Notes: generated by a model from the letters alone, not told the origin. A stretch of DNA of 64,000 nt from an uncultured Gemmatimonadales bacterium (GCA_963831425.1 CAWHQC010000031.1:410252-474251); one strand, 5' to 3'; shown: positions 9,158-20,885, counted from the stretch's first letter. Numbers and translations: made by a program.

Positions 9158-10552
9158 ATGGCCGGCATCATCCAACTTCAGACCGAGATCCCCGGCCCCA
9201 AGAGCCGCGCGCTCCTGGCTCGCCGAGCCAGGGCCGTTCCCCGCGGCGTCCCGGCGGTGACACCGATCGCGCTGGTGCACGCCGAAGGCGCGGTGCTGAC
9301 CGATGCCGACGGCAATCGCCTTATCGACTTCGCCGGGGGAATCGGGGTGGTGAACACGGGCCACCGACATCCCGCACTCCTGGACGCGGTACGGGCACAG
9401 TTGGAGCGGTTCGCGCACCTCGGGTTCCCGGTCACCACCTATGAGTCGTACATCGAACTCGCCGAGCGGCTGAATCGGGTCACGCCCGGTGCGCACGAGA
9501 AGCGCACCTTGTTCGTGAACAGCGGGGCGGAGGCGGTCGAGAACGCGGTGAAAGTCGCCCGCGCCTTTACCGGCCGGCCGGCGGTCGTCTGCTTTGAGCA
9601 CGGATTCCACGGGCGCACCAACCTCGCGCTGGCGCTCACCTCCAAGGTCATGCCCTACAAGTCGGGATTCGGCCCGTTCGCGCCGGAGGTGTATCGGATC
9701 CCGTACCCGTACTGCTATCGCTGCGCCGAGGACAGGCTCGGCGGGCGCTGCTGCATGGGGACCCCGGGGGCGCTGGAACGGATCTTTACCACGACCGTCG
9801 ATCCGGGCTCGGTAGCGGCGATCATCATCGAACTCGAGCTGGGCGAGGGCGGCTTCGTGCCGGCTCCGGCAGAATACGTCGAGGCGCTCACGGCCTTCGC
9901 GAAGGTCCACGGCATCCTGGTCATCGCCGACGAGATTCAGACCGGCTTTGGCCGCACGGGGAAGCTGTTCGCGTGCGAGCACTACGGGCTCGTTCCCGAC
10001 CTGATCACGACCGCAAAGTCGCTGGCCGGTGGTCTGCCGCTCGCGGCCGTCACGGGCCGGGCCGACGTCATGGACGCGCCGCACCCGGGTGGGCTCGGCG
10101 GGACCTATGGAGGGAATCCGCTCGCCTGCGTGGCCGGCCTGGCGGTGCTCGATGCGATGGAGGCCGAGTCCCTCCCGGCAAAGGGGCAGCGGAGCGGCAA
10201 CCGCATCCGGGCGCGTTTCCAGGAATGGGCGGAACGCTTCGCCTGTATCGGTGACGTCCGCGGCCTGGGGGCCATGGTGGCCATGGAGTTGGTGGCCGAT
10301 CGGCGGACCCGCGCTCCCGACAAGGCGCTCACGGCGCGCGTCCTGGCCGCCGCCCTCGAGCGCGGTCTGGTGCTGCTGTCCGCCGGCACGTTCGGGAATG
10401 TCATCCGGGTGCTGGCGCCGCTCACGGCGGAGGACGAGCTGATCGACGAGGGGCTCGGCGCCCTGGAGGCGGCACTGGCGGCGGCAGCAGGCCCCGGTGC
10501 CGCGCCTACTCCATGGTCCCCGGCCCCCGGCCGAGCGCCCTCGACCAGCTGA
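9158..10552 (+). CDS. gabT: 4-aminobutyrate aminotransferase (class III PLP)
   Basis: DFAGGIGVVNTGH, NSGAEAVENAVK, FHGRT, IADEIQTGFGRTG, AKSLAGGLP, GGTYGGNP. Confidence 0.93.
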   Translation: MAGIIQLQTEIPGPKSRALLARRARAVPRGVPAVTPIALVHAEGAVLTDADGNRLIDFAGGIGVVNTGHRHPALLDAVRAQLERFAHLGFPVTTYESYIELAERLNRVTPGAHEKRTLFVNSGAEAVENAVKVARAFTGRPAVVCFEHGFHGRTNLALALTSKVMPYKSGFGPFAPEVYRIPYPYCYRCAEDRLGGRCCMGTPGALERIFTTTVDPGSVAAIIIELELGEGGFVPAPAEYVEALTAFAKVHGILVIADEIQTGFGRTGKLFACEHYGLVPDLITTAKSLAGGLPLAAVTGRADVMDAPHPGGLGGTYGGNPLACVAGLAVLDAMEAESLPAKGQRSGNRIRARFQEWAERFACIGDVRGLGAMVAMELVADRRTRAPDKALTARVLAAALERGLVLLSAGTFGNVIRVLAPLTAEDELIDEGLGALEAALAAAAGPGAAPTPWSPAPGRAPSTS

Positions 10553-11348
10553 GCGCCGCACCGCCCCACAGCTTCAGGTCGTGTGTTCGGCCCGGTGAGG
10601 TCGTGCGGGTGAACTGGTCGCCGGTGATGACCACGTGCACCGCCGGCGTAAGGGCAAGGCTTCCCGCGGTGAGCGGCATGCCTGCCGACAGATCGAGATG
10701 GGTGAACCCGTTATCGTGGAAGCTCGCCAGGTCGGGCGAGCGCGGATCTCCGGGAATGCTCTGCCCCGCATCGAACCCGGCCAGCGCGCCGAAGCTGAGG
10801 GAGTGCCTCCCGTCCAGTGGGACCGATTGGGCGATGCTGGCCTCCAGATACGCTCCGCCGATCTTGTCCACGTCATACCATACCGCCAGCTTGGGGCTGA
10901 GGCTCGCGTCGAGCGCCGCCCTGGCATAGACCTCGACGGTGTTGGAGCCCGAGGTAAACCCCGCGGTGTTGGGAAAGACGTACAGCAGCGCCCCGCCCGT
11001 AAGCGTGAGCTTTCCAGCCGGGACGCTGACCTCCGCCCACGGGTCGAGCTCGGCGACGTCGAGCGCCGACATGCCGCCGCTCTCGCTCAGATCGTTCCGC
11101 GAATCGTCGTATCTCCCCAGCTCAACGTTGGCCCACGCGCCGACAGTCACGGCGACGTTGCCGGCCGGAAGAGTCAGATAGACGTCCGGCTGCGCCACCG
11201 CTCGGTTGGTGAGGCTCAGGCCTCGCCAGACATAGGCGCTGAAGAGACCAAGGTCCGCGCCCACCCGCGCCTGTCCGTAAGCGGGCGTGGTGGTCACGAG
11301 GACACCCGCGACCGCCCAACCCGCCCGCACCACGCTTGCGCACTGCAT
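10506..11348 (-). CDS. Putative outer-membrane beta-barrel (TorF/TIGR02001-like porin)
   Basis: Signal peptide, then SAYVWRGLSLT...AVAQP and ELDPW motifs typical of this family; alternating beta-strand pattern. Confidence 0.7.
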   Translation of the reverse strand: MQCASVVRAGWAVAGVLVTTTPAYGQARVGADLGLFSAYVWRGLSLTNRAVAQPDVYLTLPAGNVAVTVGAWANVELGRYDDSRNDLSESGGMSALDVAELDPWAEVSVPAGKLTLTGGALLYVFPNTAGFTSGSNTVEVYARAALDASLSPKLAVWYDVDKIGGAYLEASIAQSVPLDGRHSLSFGALAGFDAGQSIPGDPRSPDLASFHDNGFTHLDLSAGMPLTAGSLALTPAVHVVITGDQFTRTTSPGRTHDLKLWGGAALSWSRALGRGPGTME

Positions 11349-11673
11349 TGGATGTCTCCCGTCGGAGAGGTTGTGAAGGTGCCCGGAGGCAACGAAATGG
11401 CCCGCTCGAGCTCGAGCGGGCCGGAACTGCTGCATGCAAACTGCGCCCGGAGACGGCTCGACCCCTACGTGGAGCGGCAGGGTCTGGTTGATACAATGAT
11501 GTTAGAATTTCGCAGAATGAGCATACCTCAATCTACGCAGATGCAGAAATCCGTCAAGCTGAGCGCAATGTGCCTTGGTCTAGTGCACCAAACGCACAGA
11601 ATACCATACATGACAATTGGCGACTCAGGCCCCACCACGCCCCCGCTCGCGGCGCATTGCGAACTGAGGCGCC

Positions 11674-13200
11674 GTGGTGCAGCTTGTCAGGACCCCCGCA
11701 GAGGAGGCCCCGCTTGGATTCCAGGTCCTCCTTCGTCCAGCGGTTCGGCGACCTCATCGCCCTGCTGCGCGCCGACCCCGGAAACGACGCCGCCCAGGAT
11801 CTCGCGCTGGCGGCCGCGACCGGCGCGGTGGCGGCTCAAGCCGTCGAAGTCGAAGCCGGTATCCACTGGAGCGTGATTCCCGAGGACCTCACGCTCAAGG
11901 GCCGCCTCCTCGCGCGGCAGGTGGACGTGTTGCGTGTGGCGGCGGGCGCCGAGCCGCACGAGCTGCTGGCGCTCGCGCGCGCGCTGTCGCACGACGCAGT
12001 CCCGTTGCCATCCTCTCCCCACATCGAGCTCGAGATGGTGCACTTCCTCGCCCCGCCGGACGAAGAGCCGGGCGAGGGCGCGGAGCGGCCGACCGAGCCG
12101 TCGCGTCCAGTCGCGCCGCGCCGCCGAGCGGCGGGCCTGGAGGACCGCCGGCGTCCTGGACGGGCGCATCACCTCGGCATCGAGCGACGGCGGGGCGCCG
12201 ACCGGCGGGCGCCGGAGGAGCGGCGGCGCCTGGAGCTGATCAGGGATCAGCGGACGGAGATCGTCCGGCTGCACGAGGCGCTCGGGCGAGCGTCCGCGGC
12301 ACTGGCCTGGGATCTCGTGCTCACGGCGGCGCTGGCCCTGGTCCGGCTGGTGCCGAAAGTCCCGGCCGCGGAGCGGCGGAGCTTCGGCATCCAGCTCCGC
12401 CGCGCCGTTCCCCGCCGAGCCATCGAGGCGCTGGTGGATGTCGCGGAGCGGGAAGTCGGAGCAGCGCGAGCGCGCCATCGAGGTGCTGCGGTGGATCGGC
12501 CTCGATGCGGCGGAGGTCGTGCTCGACCGGCTGCTGGAGGGCGAGGCGCTGGGGCGTCCGGGGCTTCTACTACGACGTGCTCGGCGGCATGCCGGGCGTC
12601 TATCCGCTGGTGACCCCGCTGCTGGCGAGCCGGCGCCCGCTCTCGGTGCGTCACGGCGCGGCGCTGCTCGGACGGCTGGGCATGCCCGCCGGGATCGACG
12701 AGCTGCTGCCGCTCCTGCGCCCACCGCGACGAGACCGTGCGGGTCGCCGCGGTGCGTGCGATCGGCGAGATCCACGAGGGCTCGGCGGCCGACGCGTTGC
12801 GGCAGGCGCTCCACCATCCCGACCCCCACACCCGGGCCGCCGCCGCCGACGCGATCGGGGTCTGGCGTGGCGGCGTGCTCGCGATTCTGCTCGTGGCCTC
12901 GCTCGAGACCGAGCGCGACCGCGGCGCCTGGCAGTCACTGGTCGGCGTGCTCGGGCGCCTCGCGACGCGTCGAAACTTGCTCGGCGCTGGCGCACGTCGC
13001 CCTGAGCCCGCCGGAGCGTGGTCCGGCGGCAGGGCTACTCCACCACGCAGCGCCTGGCCGCGGTCGAGGCCCTGGGGATGACCCACGCCTCCGCCGCCCG
13101 CGGCACGCTCGAGCGCCTCGCCCGAGACGCGGAAGGCGTCGTCCGTTACGCCGCCGATCGAATCCTGCGAGGCGGACCGCCAGCGGGCGGGCTGAGCTGC
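11674..13200 (+). CDS. HEAT-repeat protein, frameshifted
   Basis: Fragments in several frames: VRHGAALLGRLG, VRVAAVRAIGEI, TRAAAADAIG, RLAAVEALG, VVRYAADRIL; boundaries approximate. Confidence 0.7.
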
Positions 13201-13203
13201 CGC

Positions 13204-13885
13204 TCAGCCGGTGTACGTCGAACCCGTCGATGTGCAGATCGAGATTGTGATTGACCCGAAGTCCCACGGCGCCGTCGGTGGCGGTCGCCTTCGCATCCAG
13301 GGAGTAGACCGGCTCGCCGTTCACCAGGAACACGACCTTGCTCGGGTCGCTCTTGTTGTCGATCTCGAGCTTGTTGGTGGACGGGCCCTTCGCATCGGGC
13401 TTGTGCACCGCGCTGGACGCCACCCACCCCTTGGTGACTTCCGTCGTCTTGTCCCCCTCGCGCCGCTTGACCAGATAGGTCCCGTCCTGCCGCACCAGGA
13501 AGTAGGTGTACTGCTCGGCGGCGCCATCCAGCGACTGGCCGCCGTAGAACAGGCCGTAGCCCTCGGCATGCTTGGTCGGCTTGGTCTGGGTGAAGGTCGC
13601 GAGAGTGTGGAACGGCCCTTGCCCACGTGCTGCGCGCGGTAGAGGATGATGGCGGGCCCCAGGGTCACGTGGATGCCGTTGCCCATGGGGACCACCTTGA
13701 CGTTGGCGATGGCGGCGTTGTCGTCGGTGCGGACCGACCAGCCGGCCGGGACGGTGCCGCCGCCGGCCACCGGGTGGTCGTGGTCGCCGTGCTCGTGGTG
13801 GCCGCTTCCTGCGCGGCGAGCCGGCCGGCGCCGGCGGCGAAGAGAAGCGCGGGAAGGAGCAGCAGCCCGGGACCGCTGATGGCAT
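13204..13885 (-). CDS. Secreted hypothetical protein (beta-sandwich, DUF1080-like), frameshifted
   Basis: AAAGGA RBS, signal-peptide-like start; fragments GIHVTLGPAIILY, EGYGLFYGG, YTYFLVRQDG, GLRVNHNLDLHI. Confidence 0.65.
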
Positions 13886-13930
13886 GGGGTGTTCCTTTGC
13901 AGTTGAAGTGAACCGGGTTGCGGAGTCCGG

Positions 13931-14152
13931 CCGGGGTGGATAACCTACGGCCTGCCGAACCTCAACGCGGAGACCACGTGGCGGATACTGGCTCGGAGTC
14001 TGCTGGCCTCGATCGGCGCGACGCTCATCCTGAGCGCCCTCGCGTTCGTTTCGACCCTGGTCGGCGTGCTGATCAACGCCATGATCGTCATCGTGAGCGG
14101 TCCGCTCATCGACCGGCTGCTGGCTCGCCGCGGGGGCGCGGCCGCGAGGTAG
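13931..14152 (+). CDS. Possible small membrane protein (no in-frame start; start probably lost to an indel)
   Basis: Open frame WITYGLPNLNAETTWRILARSLLASIGATLILSALAFVSTLVGVLINAMIVIVSGPLIDRLL with GC3-biased codons; absent from the ORF track. Confidence 0.4.
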   Translation, partial: PGWITYGLPNLNAETTWRILARSLLASIGATLILSALAFVSTLVGVLINAMIVIVSGPLIDRLLARRGGAAAR

Positions 14153-14400
14153 ACCGCCCGCCCATCGGCCGGCCACTGGCGTCGTTCACGACGTTTCCGC
14201 CGCCCGCCCACATCGCCGTGTCCGGCCAGCTGATGTGCCGGCAATCCAGCGGGATCCTGCCGTCCGGATCCGTGCTCGTCTCGGACATCCCGAACTGATC
14301 CGACGCGCACCGTGGTTGCGCCGATGGCCGTAGCGCTCGTGCACGCGGTAGTGTGGCGGCGCTAGACTTCGTCACGCGAGCCGCGCTCGCGCTCCTCGGA

Positions 14401-14758
14401 TCACTCTTCCGGCGCGGCGGTGGCCTCCGGCGTCGTCGCCATCCGCATGGCGGCGTCGTAGTTGATCTTGAGGCTGCCCAGGAGCTCGCGTAGCCCGCGC
14501 ACCTTCATCTGCAGGCCGCCGCCCCGCCGGGTCATGGTGCTCATGAGCCCGGCGGTTTCGGACAGGCCCGTGAGACTCAAGGCCCCGGACTCGGCCTTGA
14601 TCTGGTCGAGCAGCCTCGCCAGCCCGCGGACCACGACGTCGTCCGCCCGGAGCGACGGCCATCTCCTCGATGACCGCGTGAATGCGCCCGAACCGCTGGG
14701 GCAGCGACTCGAGGTACGCGAGCTGGGCCAGCTGGCGGGACGAGAGCTTGGCGCCCAT
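14401..14758 (-). CDS. Hypothetical four-helix (Hpt-like) protein, one frameshift near 14655
   Basis: Joined frames give MGAKLSSRQLAQLAYLESL...LARLLDQIKAESGALSLTGLSETAGLM... Confidence 0.55.
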
Positions 14759-14900
14759 GGGTCCAATGGGGTGGGGAGAAACGGGTAATCTAATCGCACG
14801 GTGAATCTCTCGCCCCGGCGTTTCGTACGGCGACGGTGAGCCCGCACCGGGCCCCTCCGGGACACAACGTATGCGCAGCTACTACTAGCAGGCGGTCCCC

Positions 14901-17900
14901 ATGAAGCTCTCCGACCTCTCCATCCGCCGGCCCGTGCTCGCCAGCATGGTGAGCCTCGCGCTGGTGCTGTTCGGCGCGATCGGCTACACCCGGCTCGCCG
15001 TCCGCGAGTTCCCCGACGTCGATCCGCCGATCGTCTCGGTCACCACCGAGCTGCCGGGCGCCAACCCGCAGGTGGTCGAATCCGCGGTGACCGACATCCT
15101 GGAGGAGGAGCTCAGCACGGTCGAGGGGCTGCGCACCCTCACCAGCTCGAGCGGCGAAGGGGTCAGCAACATCACCCTCGAGTTCAACCTCGAGCGGCAA
15201 CGTCGAGGCGGCGGCCCAGGACATTCGCGACAAGGTGGCCCGGGTCCGCGGGCGGCTGCCCCAGGACGTCGCGAGCCGGTCGTGGCCAAGCAGGAGGCCG
15301 ACGCGGAGCCGTTCTTCTGGCTGGCGCTCTCGGGCGAGAACTACGATCTGCTGCAGCTCTCCGACATCGGCGATCGCCTGGTGAAGAGCCGCCTGCAGAC
15401 CCTGCCGGGCGTCGGGCAGGCCCGCATCTTCGGCGAGCGGCGCTTCTCGATGCGGGTCTGGCTCGTCGGCCGCCGAGCTGGCGGCCCGCGGGCTCACCGT
15501 CCAGGACGTGCAGCAGGCGATCCGGACCCGCAACGTCGAGGTGCCGGCCGGCCGCATCGAGTCCGAGCGGCGGGAGTTCACCGTCCGCTCGCTGGGCGAG
15601 CTCAAGACGCCCGAGGAGTTCGCCGAGCTGGTGGTGCGCAGCACCGAGCGGCGTGCTGGTCAAGCTCAAGGACCTCGGCCGGGTGGAGCTCGGCGCCGAG
15701 GATGAGCGGAGCGCGCTCCGCTTCAAGGGCACGTCCGCCGTGGCGATCGGCGTGGTCCGCCAGTCGAAGGCGAACATCATCCAGGTGGCCGACGCCATCC
15801 GGGCCGAGCTGCCCAGGATCCAGCAGTCGCTGCCGCCCGGCGTCAAGCTCAACATGGCGTTCGACGAATCCATCTTCGTGAAGCGCTCGATCCGCGAGGC
15901 CGAGGAGACGCTGGGCATCGCGGCGGCTGCTGGTGGTGATCATCATCTTCATCTTCCTCCGCAACCTGCGGGCGACGATCATCCCCGGCCTCGCGATCCC
16001 CACGTCGATCGTCGCGACGTTCGCCATCATGTACTTCCTGGGTTTCTCGATCAACAACTTCACGCTGCTCGCGCTCACCCTGGCCATCGGCATCGTGGTG
16101 GACGACGCGATCATCGTGCTGGAGAACGCCTACCGCCATCAGGAGGAGTTGGGCGAGAGCCCGGAGGCGGCGGCCATCAACGGCACCCGCGAGATCGGCT
16201 TCGCCGTGATCGCCACCACGATCTCGCTGGTGGCGGTGTTCACCCCGCTCGCCTTCCTCAACGGCTCGACCGGACGGCTGTTCAACGAGTTCGGCATCGC
16301 GGTCGCGGGCTCGGTGGTCATCTCGGGCTTCGTCGCCCTGACGCTGACGCCCATGCTCTGCGCCAAGATCCTGCGGGTGCCGCCAGCGCCACGGCGTGCT
16401 CTACCGCGCGCTCGAGGCGGGCTTCAACGCGCTGGCCTCCGGCTACGCCCGCACGCTCCGGCGGCGCTGCAGCACCGCTACGCCGTGGTCGGGGCGGTGG
16501 TGCTGCTCACCGCTCGGCGCCGTGCTGGTGTTCCGCTCGCTCAAGCGGGAATTCGTGCCGCCCGAGGACAAGGGCTGGTTCTTCAACTTCATCATCGCGC
16601 CCGAGGGCTCGTCGCTGGCGTACACCGACGGGTACCAGCGCCAGGCCGAGGCGATGCTCGACAAGACCAAGGGCGTCGAGAGCTACTTCAGCGTGGTGAA
16701 CCTGGGCGACGGGGTGAGCCGGGGGATGATCTTCACCAATCTGGAGGACTGTCGACCAGCGCAAGCGGTCGATGCAGGACATCATCGGCGAGGTGCAGCC
16801 GCAGTTCTTCGGCATCCCGGCGTGTTCGTCTTCGCCAACAACCCGCCGGCATTCGGCTTCGGCAGCCCGGTCAATTTCGTCATCCAGCACCCCGACTTCG
16901 ACTCGCTGGCGCGGGGCAACGACACGCTGCTCGCCCGGGCGCGGCAGGTCGAAGGGCCTGATGAACGTCGACAGCGACCTGCGGGTCAACAAGCCGGAGC
17001 TGACGGTGAGCTTCGACCGCGACCGGGCCGAGGACCTCGGCGTGCCCGTGGGCGACGTCGCCACGACGCTACAGGTGCTGCTCGGCGGCAACCGCACCAG
17101 CACCTTCACCCGCAACAACAAGCAGTACGACGTCATCGTGCAGCTCGATCCACGCGCGCGCGCCACGCCGAGCGACATGACCGGCCTGTACATCCGCGGC
17201 CGCGACGGCGAGCTGGTCAAGCTCGAGGCGCTGGCCAGCGTAAAGGAAGGGGTGGGCCCGCGCGAGCTGAACCACTTCAACCGGGTCCGGGCTTCCACCC
17301 TGACGGCCGGCCTGGCGCCCGGGTTCACCCTGGGCGAGGCGCTCGACTCGCTCAACCGGATCGCGAGCGAGGTGCTGCCCGAAGGGCAGCAGCACCGCAC
17401 TGGCCGGCGAGTCGCGTGAGCTCGACGAGAGCGGCTCCTCGCTGTATTTCGCGTTTCTCCTGGCCCTGCTGGTGGTCTTCATGGTGCTGGCGAGCCAGTT
17501 CGAGTCGCTGATCCATCCCTTTACCGTGCTCCTGGCCGTGCCGCTGGCCGTCACCGGCGCGCTCTTCACCCTCAAGCTCGCCGGGGCGACTCTCAACCTG
17601 TACAGCCAGATCGGGATGATCCTGCTGATCGGTCTGGTCACCAAGAACTCCATCCTGCTGGTGGAGTACATCAACCAGCTTCGTGAGCGGGGATGAGCAC
17701 CCTGGACGCGGCGCTCGAGGCCGGGCGCATCCGCTTCGACCCATCCTGATGACGTCGGTGGCCACGATCATGGGCGCGGTGCCGATCGCCTTCGGACTGG
17801 GCGCCGGGTCGATCAGCCGCCGGCCGCTCGGCTACGCCATCGTGGGCGGGGTACTCTTCTCCACGCTGCTCACCCTCTACGTGGTGCCCGCCGTCTACGT

Positions 17901-17982
17901 GATCTTCGATGGCCTGCGCCAGCGAGCCAGGGGGCGGGTCGAGACGGGCCAGCCGTCGCTTGCCGCGCTGGAGGCCGAGTGA
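14901..17982 (+). CDS. RND efflux permease (AcrB/AcrD/AcrF family), multiple frameshifts
   Basis: IRRPVLA, REFPDVDPP, GIVVDDAIIVLEN, ALTLTPMLC, LIGLVTKNSILLVE, RPILMTS; about 3.08 kb equals full length. Confidence 0.92.
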
Positions 17983-19268
17983 TCTTCGGATTGCTGCTCG
18001 CGCTGCAGGCCACGGCTTCGCTTCAGACCCCGGTCGCGGCGCCCCGCGTGACCCTCGACCAGGCGATCGCCCGGGCTGCCCGGCTCGATCCGAACTACGT
18101 CCGGGCGCTTGGCCAGGTGGACAACGCCGAGTGGGGCCGCCGCGCCGCTCTGGCGGTGTTCGTGCTTCCGTCGCTCGGCGTCTCGATCGATGCCACCCGG
18201 TACTCGACCGAATTCTTCAACATCGGCACGGGTCGGAACCAGAGCGACGCCGTCAACGCCACCTTCCAGGCGAGCTACGATCTGTTCAACGCCAGGAAGC
18301 TCGCCGACCTCGGTCGGACGCGGGCGGAGCTCGAGAGCGCCGACGCGGGCGAGCTCGAGCAGCGGTTCCGGTCCGCGCTCCTGACCGAAGCGGACTACTA
18401 CGACGTACTGCAGAACCAGGAGCTGGCCCGGGTCGCGGCCGACCGGACGCGGCGGGCGGAGGAAGGGCTTGGCATCGCGCGGGCGCGCGTGGTGTCGGGC
18501 GCCGCCGTGCAGAGCGACTCCCTGCAGCTCGTGCTCGAGCTGACGCAGGCGCGGACCGACCAACTCCGGCGGGACGCGGCGCTTCGGGTGGCCCGCCTGC
18601 AGCTCGGCCGCCGGGTGGGCGAGGCGGGCCCGGTGGACGCGGAGCCGGTGGACACCGCACCGGCGCCGGAGCTGCCGCTGGGGCTCGGCGAGGCGGTGCA
18701 GCTCGCCGTGACCCAGGGGCCGCAGTATCGGGCCGCTCGCGCCGGCGAGCGGGCGGCGTCGGCGCTCCTCAAGGCCGAGCGGGGCCAGTACCTGCCGCAG
18801 GTCACGCTGCTCGGAACCCACGTCCGGTTCGACGACAGCTTCTTTCCGAGCGCGAGAAACGTCTCCTCCATCGCGCTGAGCGTCTCGCTGCCGATCTGGG
18901 ACGACGGTCGGCGCGAGCTGGCGATCTCGCAGGCGCGTGTCAACCGCGACGTGTCGCGCGCCATCCGGGAGGATCTGGAGCGGGCGGCACGTCCGGATGT
19001 TACCCAGGCGTATGAGGCGTACGTGACCGCCAGGGCCACGGCCGCGCTCTCGAGCACCGGTGTTCTGGTCGCGCGGGAAAACTACCGGGTGCAGGAGTCG
19101 CGCTACCGGGCGGGCTCCACGACGATCCTCGACGTGCTCGATGCCCAGATCCGCCTCACCCAGTCCGAGGCCGACCTGGTCCAGGCCCGCTACGCCGCCC
19201 GGCTGGCCCTCGCCGGCCTGGAGGCGATTCTGGGCCACCGACTCTTCACCAACAGGAATGTCCCGTGA
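17979..19268 (+). CDS. TolC-family outer-membrane efflux protein
   Basis: Signal peptide, LDQAIARA, YLPQVTL, LPIWDDG, RYRAGSTTILDVLDAQ; stop/start overlap with the RND gene. Confidence 0.9.
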   Translation: MIFGLLLALQATASLQTPVAAPRVTLDQAIARAARLDPNYVRALGQVDNAEWGRRAALAVFVLPSLGVSIDATRYSTEFFNIGTGRNQSDAVNATFQASYDLFNARKLADLGRTRAELESADAGELEQRFRSALLTEADYYDVLQNQELARVAADRTRRAEEGLGIARARVVSGAAVQSDSLQLVLELTQARTDQLRRDAALRVARLQLGRRVGEAGPVDAEPVDTAPAPELPLGLGEAVQLAVTQGPQYRAARAGERAASALLKAERGQYLPQVTLLGTHVRFDDSFFPSARNVSSIALSVSLPIWDDGRRELAISQARVNRDVSRAIREDLERAARPDVTQAYEAYVTARATAALSSTGVLVARENYRVQESRYRAGSTTILDVLDAQIRLTQSEADLVQARYAARLALAGLEAILGHRLFTNRNVP

Positions 19269-20369
19269 CAGCCATGCTTGGAATGAGAAGGGCGGCCGCG
19301 CCGTTGCTGCTGGGCGCCGGGCTCGCGGTCGGGCTTGCCGCGTGCAGCAAGGCCGAATCGTCCGCGGCAGCCGTCTGCCGCGGCCGGTGGCGGCCCTCCG
19401 CCGATGCCGGTCGAGGTGGCCGCGGCCCGGACCGACACCGTGGTGGATGCGATCCTGGCCACCGGTCAGATCGAGGCGATGCAATCCATCGAGCTTCGCC
19501 CGGAAATCGAAGGCCGACTGGCCGGCATCCTGATCCGCGAAGGCGCGCTCGTCGCGCGCGGGACGCCGTTGTTCAAGGTGGACGATGCCGAGCTCAAGGC
19601 TCAGGTGGCGCGAGCCGAGGCGGATCGTGATCTGGCCCGCCAGTCGCTCGCGCGCACGCGTGACCTGCTGGCCCAGAAGGCCTCCTCCGCCTCGGAGCTC
19701 GAGCGCGCCGAGGCCACGGCGCGGAGCGACCAGGCGGAGCTCGACCTGCTGCAGGTGCGGCTCGCGCGCACGCTCGTCCGCGCCCCGTTCGCCGGCGTCG
19801 TGGGCCAGCGGTTCGTCAGCCTCGGCGACTACGTCACCACCAGCACGCGCCTGGTGACTCTGCAGACGATCTCGCCCCAGCGCGCCACGTTTCAAGTGCC
19901 GGAGCGGTACGCCGACCAGCTCAGGAACGGGCAGCAGGTCACGTTCCAGGTGGCGGCGCTTCCAGGGCGGGAGTTCACCGGGCGCGTGGACTTCGTGGAT
20001 CCCGTCGTGCAGCTTCCCGGGCGCACGATCACGGTCAAGGCGGTCGTGCCGAACCCGGACCGCCAACTCCAGTCGGGAATGTTCATCGACGTGCGGCTGG
20101 CCACTGCCGTGCGGCCCAACGCCGTGGTCATCCCGGAGGATGCGGTGATGGCGCTCCAGGGCGCTACCTTCGTATGGGTCGTGAGTGCGGGAAAGGCCAA
20201 CCGGCGGCAGGTGGACCTCGGGGTGCGCACGCCGGGCTTCGTCGAGGCCCGGAGTGGTGTGCGGCCCAGCGATCAGGTCGTGGTCGGCGGGCAGGAACGA
20301 TTGGGCGAGGGTGCGCCGGTGGCGCCGAAGGTGGTACAGCGGACGCCGGTCCGCGCCCGGGAGGGGTGA
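19265..20369 (+). CDS. RND periplasmic adaptor (membrane fusion protein), frameshift near 19370
   Basis: Lipobox LAAC, ELRPEIEGRL, VRAPFAGVVG, LQSGMF, VIPEDAV. Confidence 0.9.
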
Positions 20370-20833
20370 TGCTCGAGCCAGGAGATGAGGCGCCCCCGTT
20401 CACCCTGTCCGACGCCACCGGACGGGAGGTATCGCTCGATGAATTCGCGGGCCGGGATGTGGTACTGTACTTCTATCCCAAGGACGACACGCCCGGGTGT
20501 ACCAGGGAGGCGTGCGGATTCCGGGATGCGTGGGACGAGCTGCAGTCGCTCGGCGTCGTGGTACTCGGCGTGTCCGCGGATGCGCCGGACACACACCGGC
20601 GCTTCGCCGCCAAGTACCGGTTGCCCTTTCCGCTGCTGTCCGATCCCGATCGCGGCGTCATGCGGGCCTACGGGGCCTATGGCAAGAAGGTGATGTACGG
20701 GAAAACGGTGACGGGAGTGATCCGCTCGACAGTATGGATTGGGCCCGATGGCCGGGTCCGCCGGCATTGGGCTCGCGTGGCAAGCGCCGCAGCGCACCCC
20801 GGCAAGGTGCTGGCGGCCGTGCGCGGCGGGTAA
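20369..20833 (+). CDS. bcp: Thioredoxin-dependent peroxiredoxin Bcp
   Basis: YFYPKDDTPGCTREACGFRD motif. Confidence 0.95.
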   Translation: MLEPGDEAPPFTLSDATGREVSLDEFAGRDVVLYFYPKDDTPGCTREACGFRDAWDELQSLGVVVLGVSADAPDTHRRFAAKYRLPFPLLSDPDRGVMRAYGAYGKKVMYGKTVTGVIRSTVWIGPDGRVRRHWARVASAAAHPGKVLAAVRGG

Positions 20834-20885
20834 GAGGAGCGTATCCCGTTATACTTGAGCTTTCCATCCTCACAGGACCTCCGGC

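Noticed and set aside
11420-11620. Sigma54 promoter or enhancer sites in an AT-richer intergenic region
   Set aside because: GG-N10-GC spacing is not met by the candidate (GGCGCAGTTTGCA); no convincing palindrome.
4121-19400. Many frameshifted genes (sensor kinase, HEAT protein, RND pump, MFP; also yhaM-like, BamA-like, M61, FRG further on) as pseudogenes or programmed frameshifts
   Set aside because: Single-base indels with full gene length retained, no accumulation of in-frame stops and no slippery motifs; best explained by long-read assembly error.
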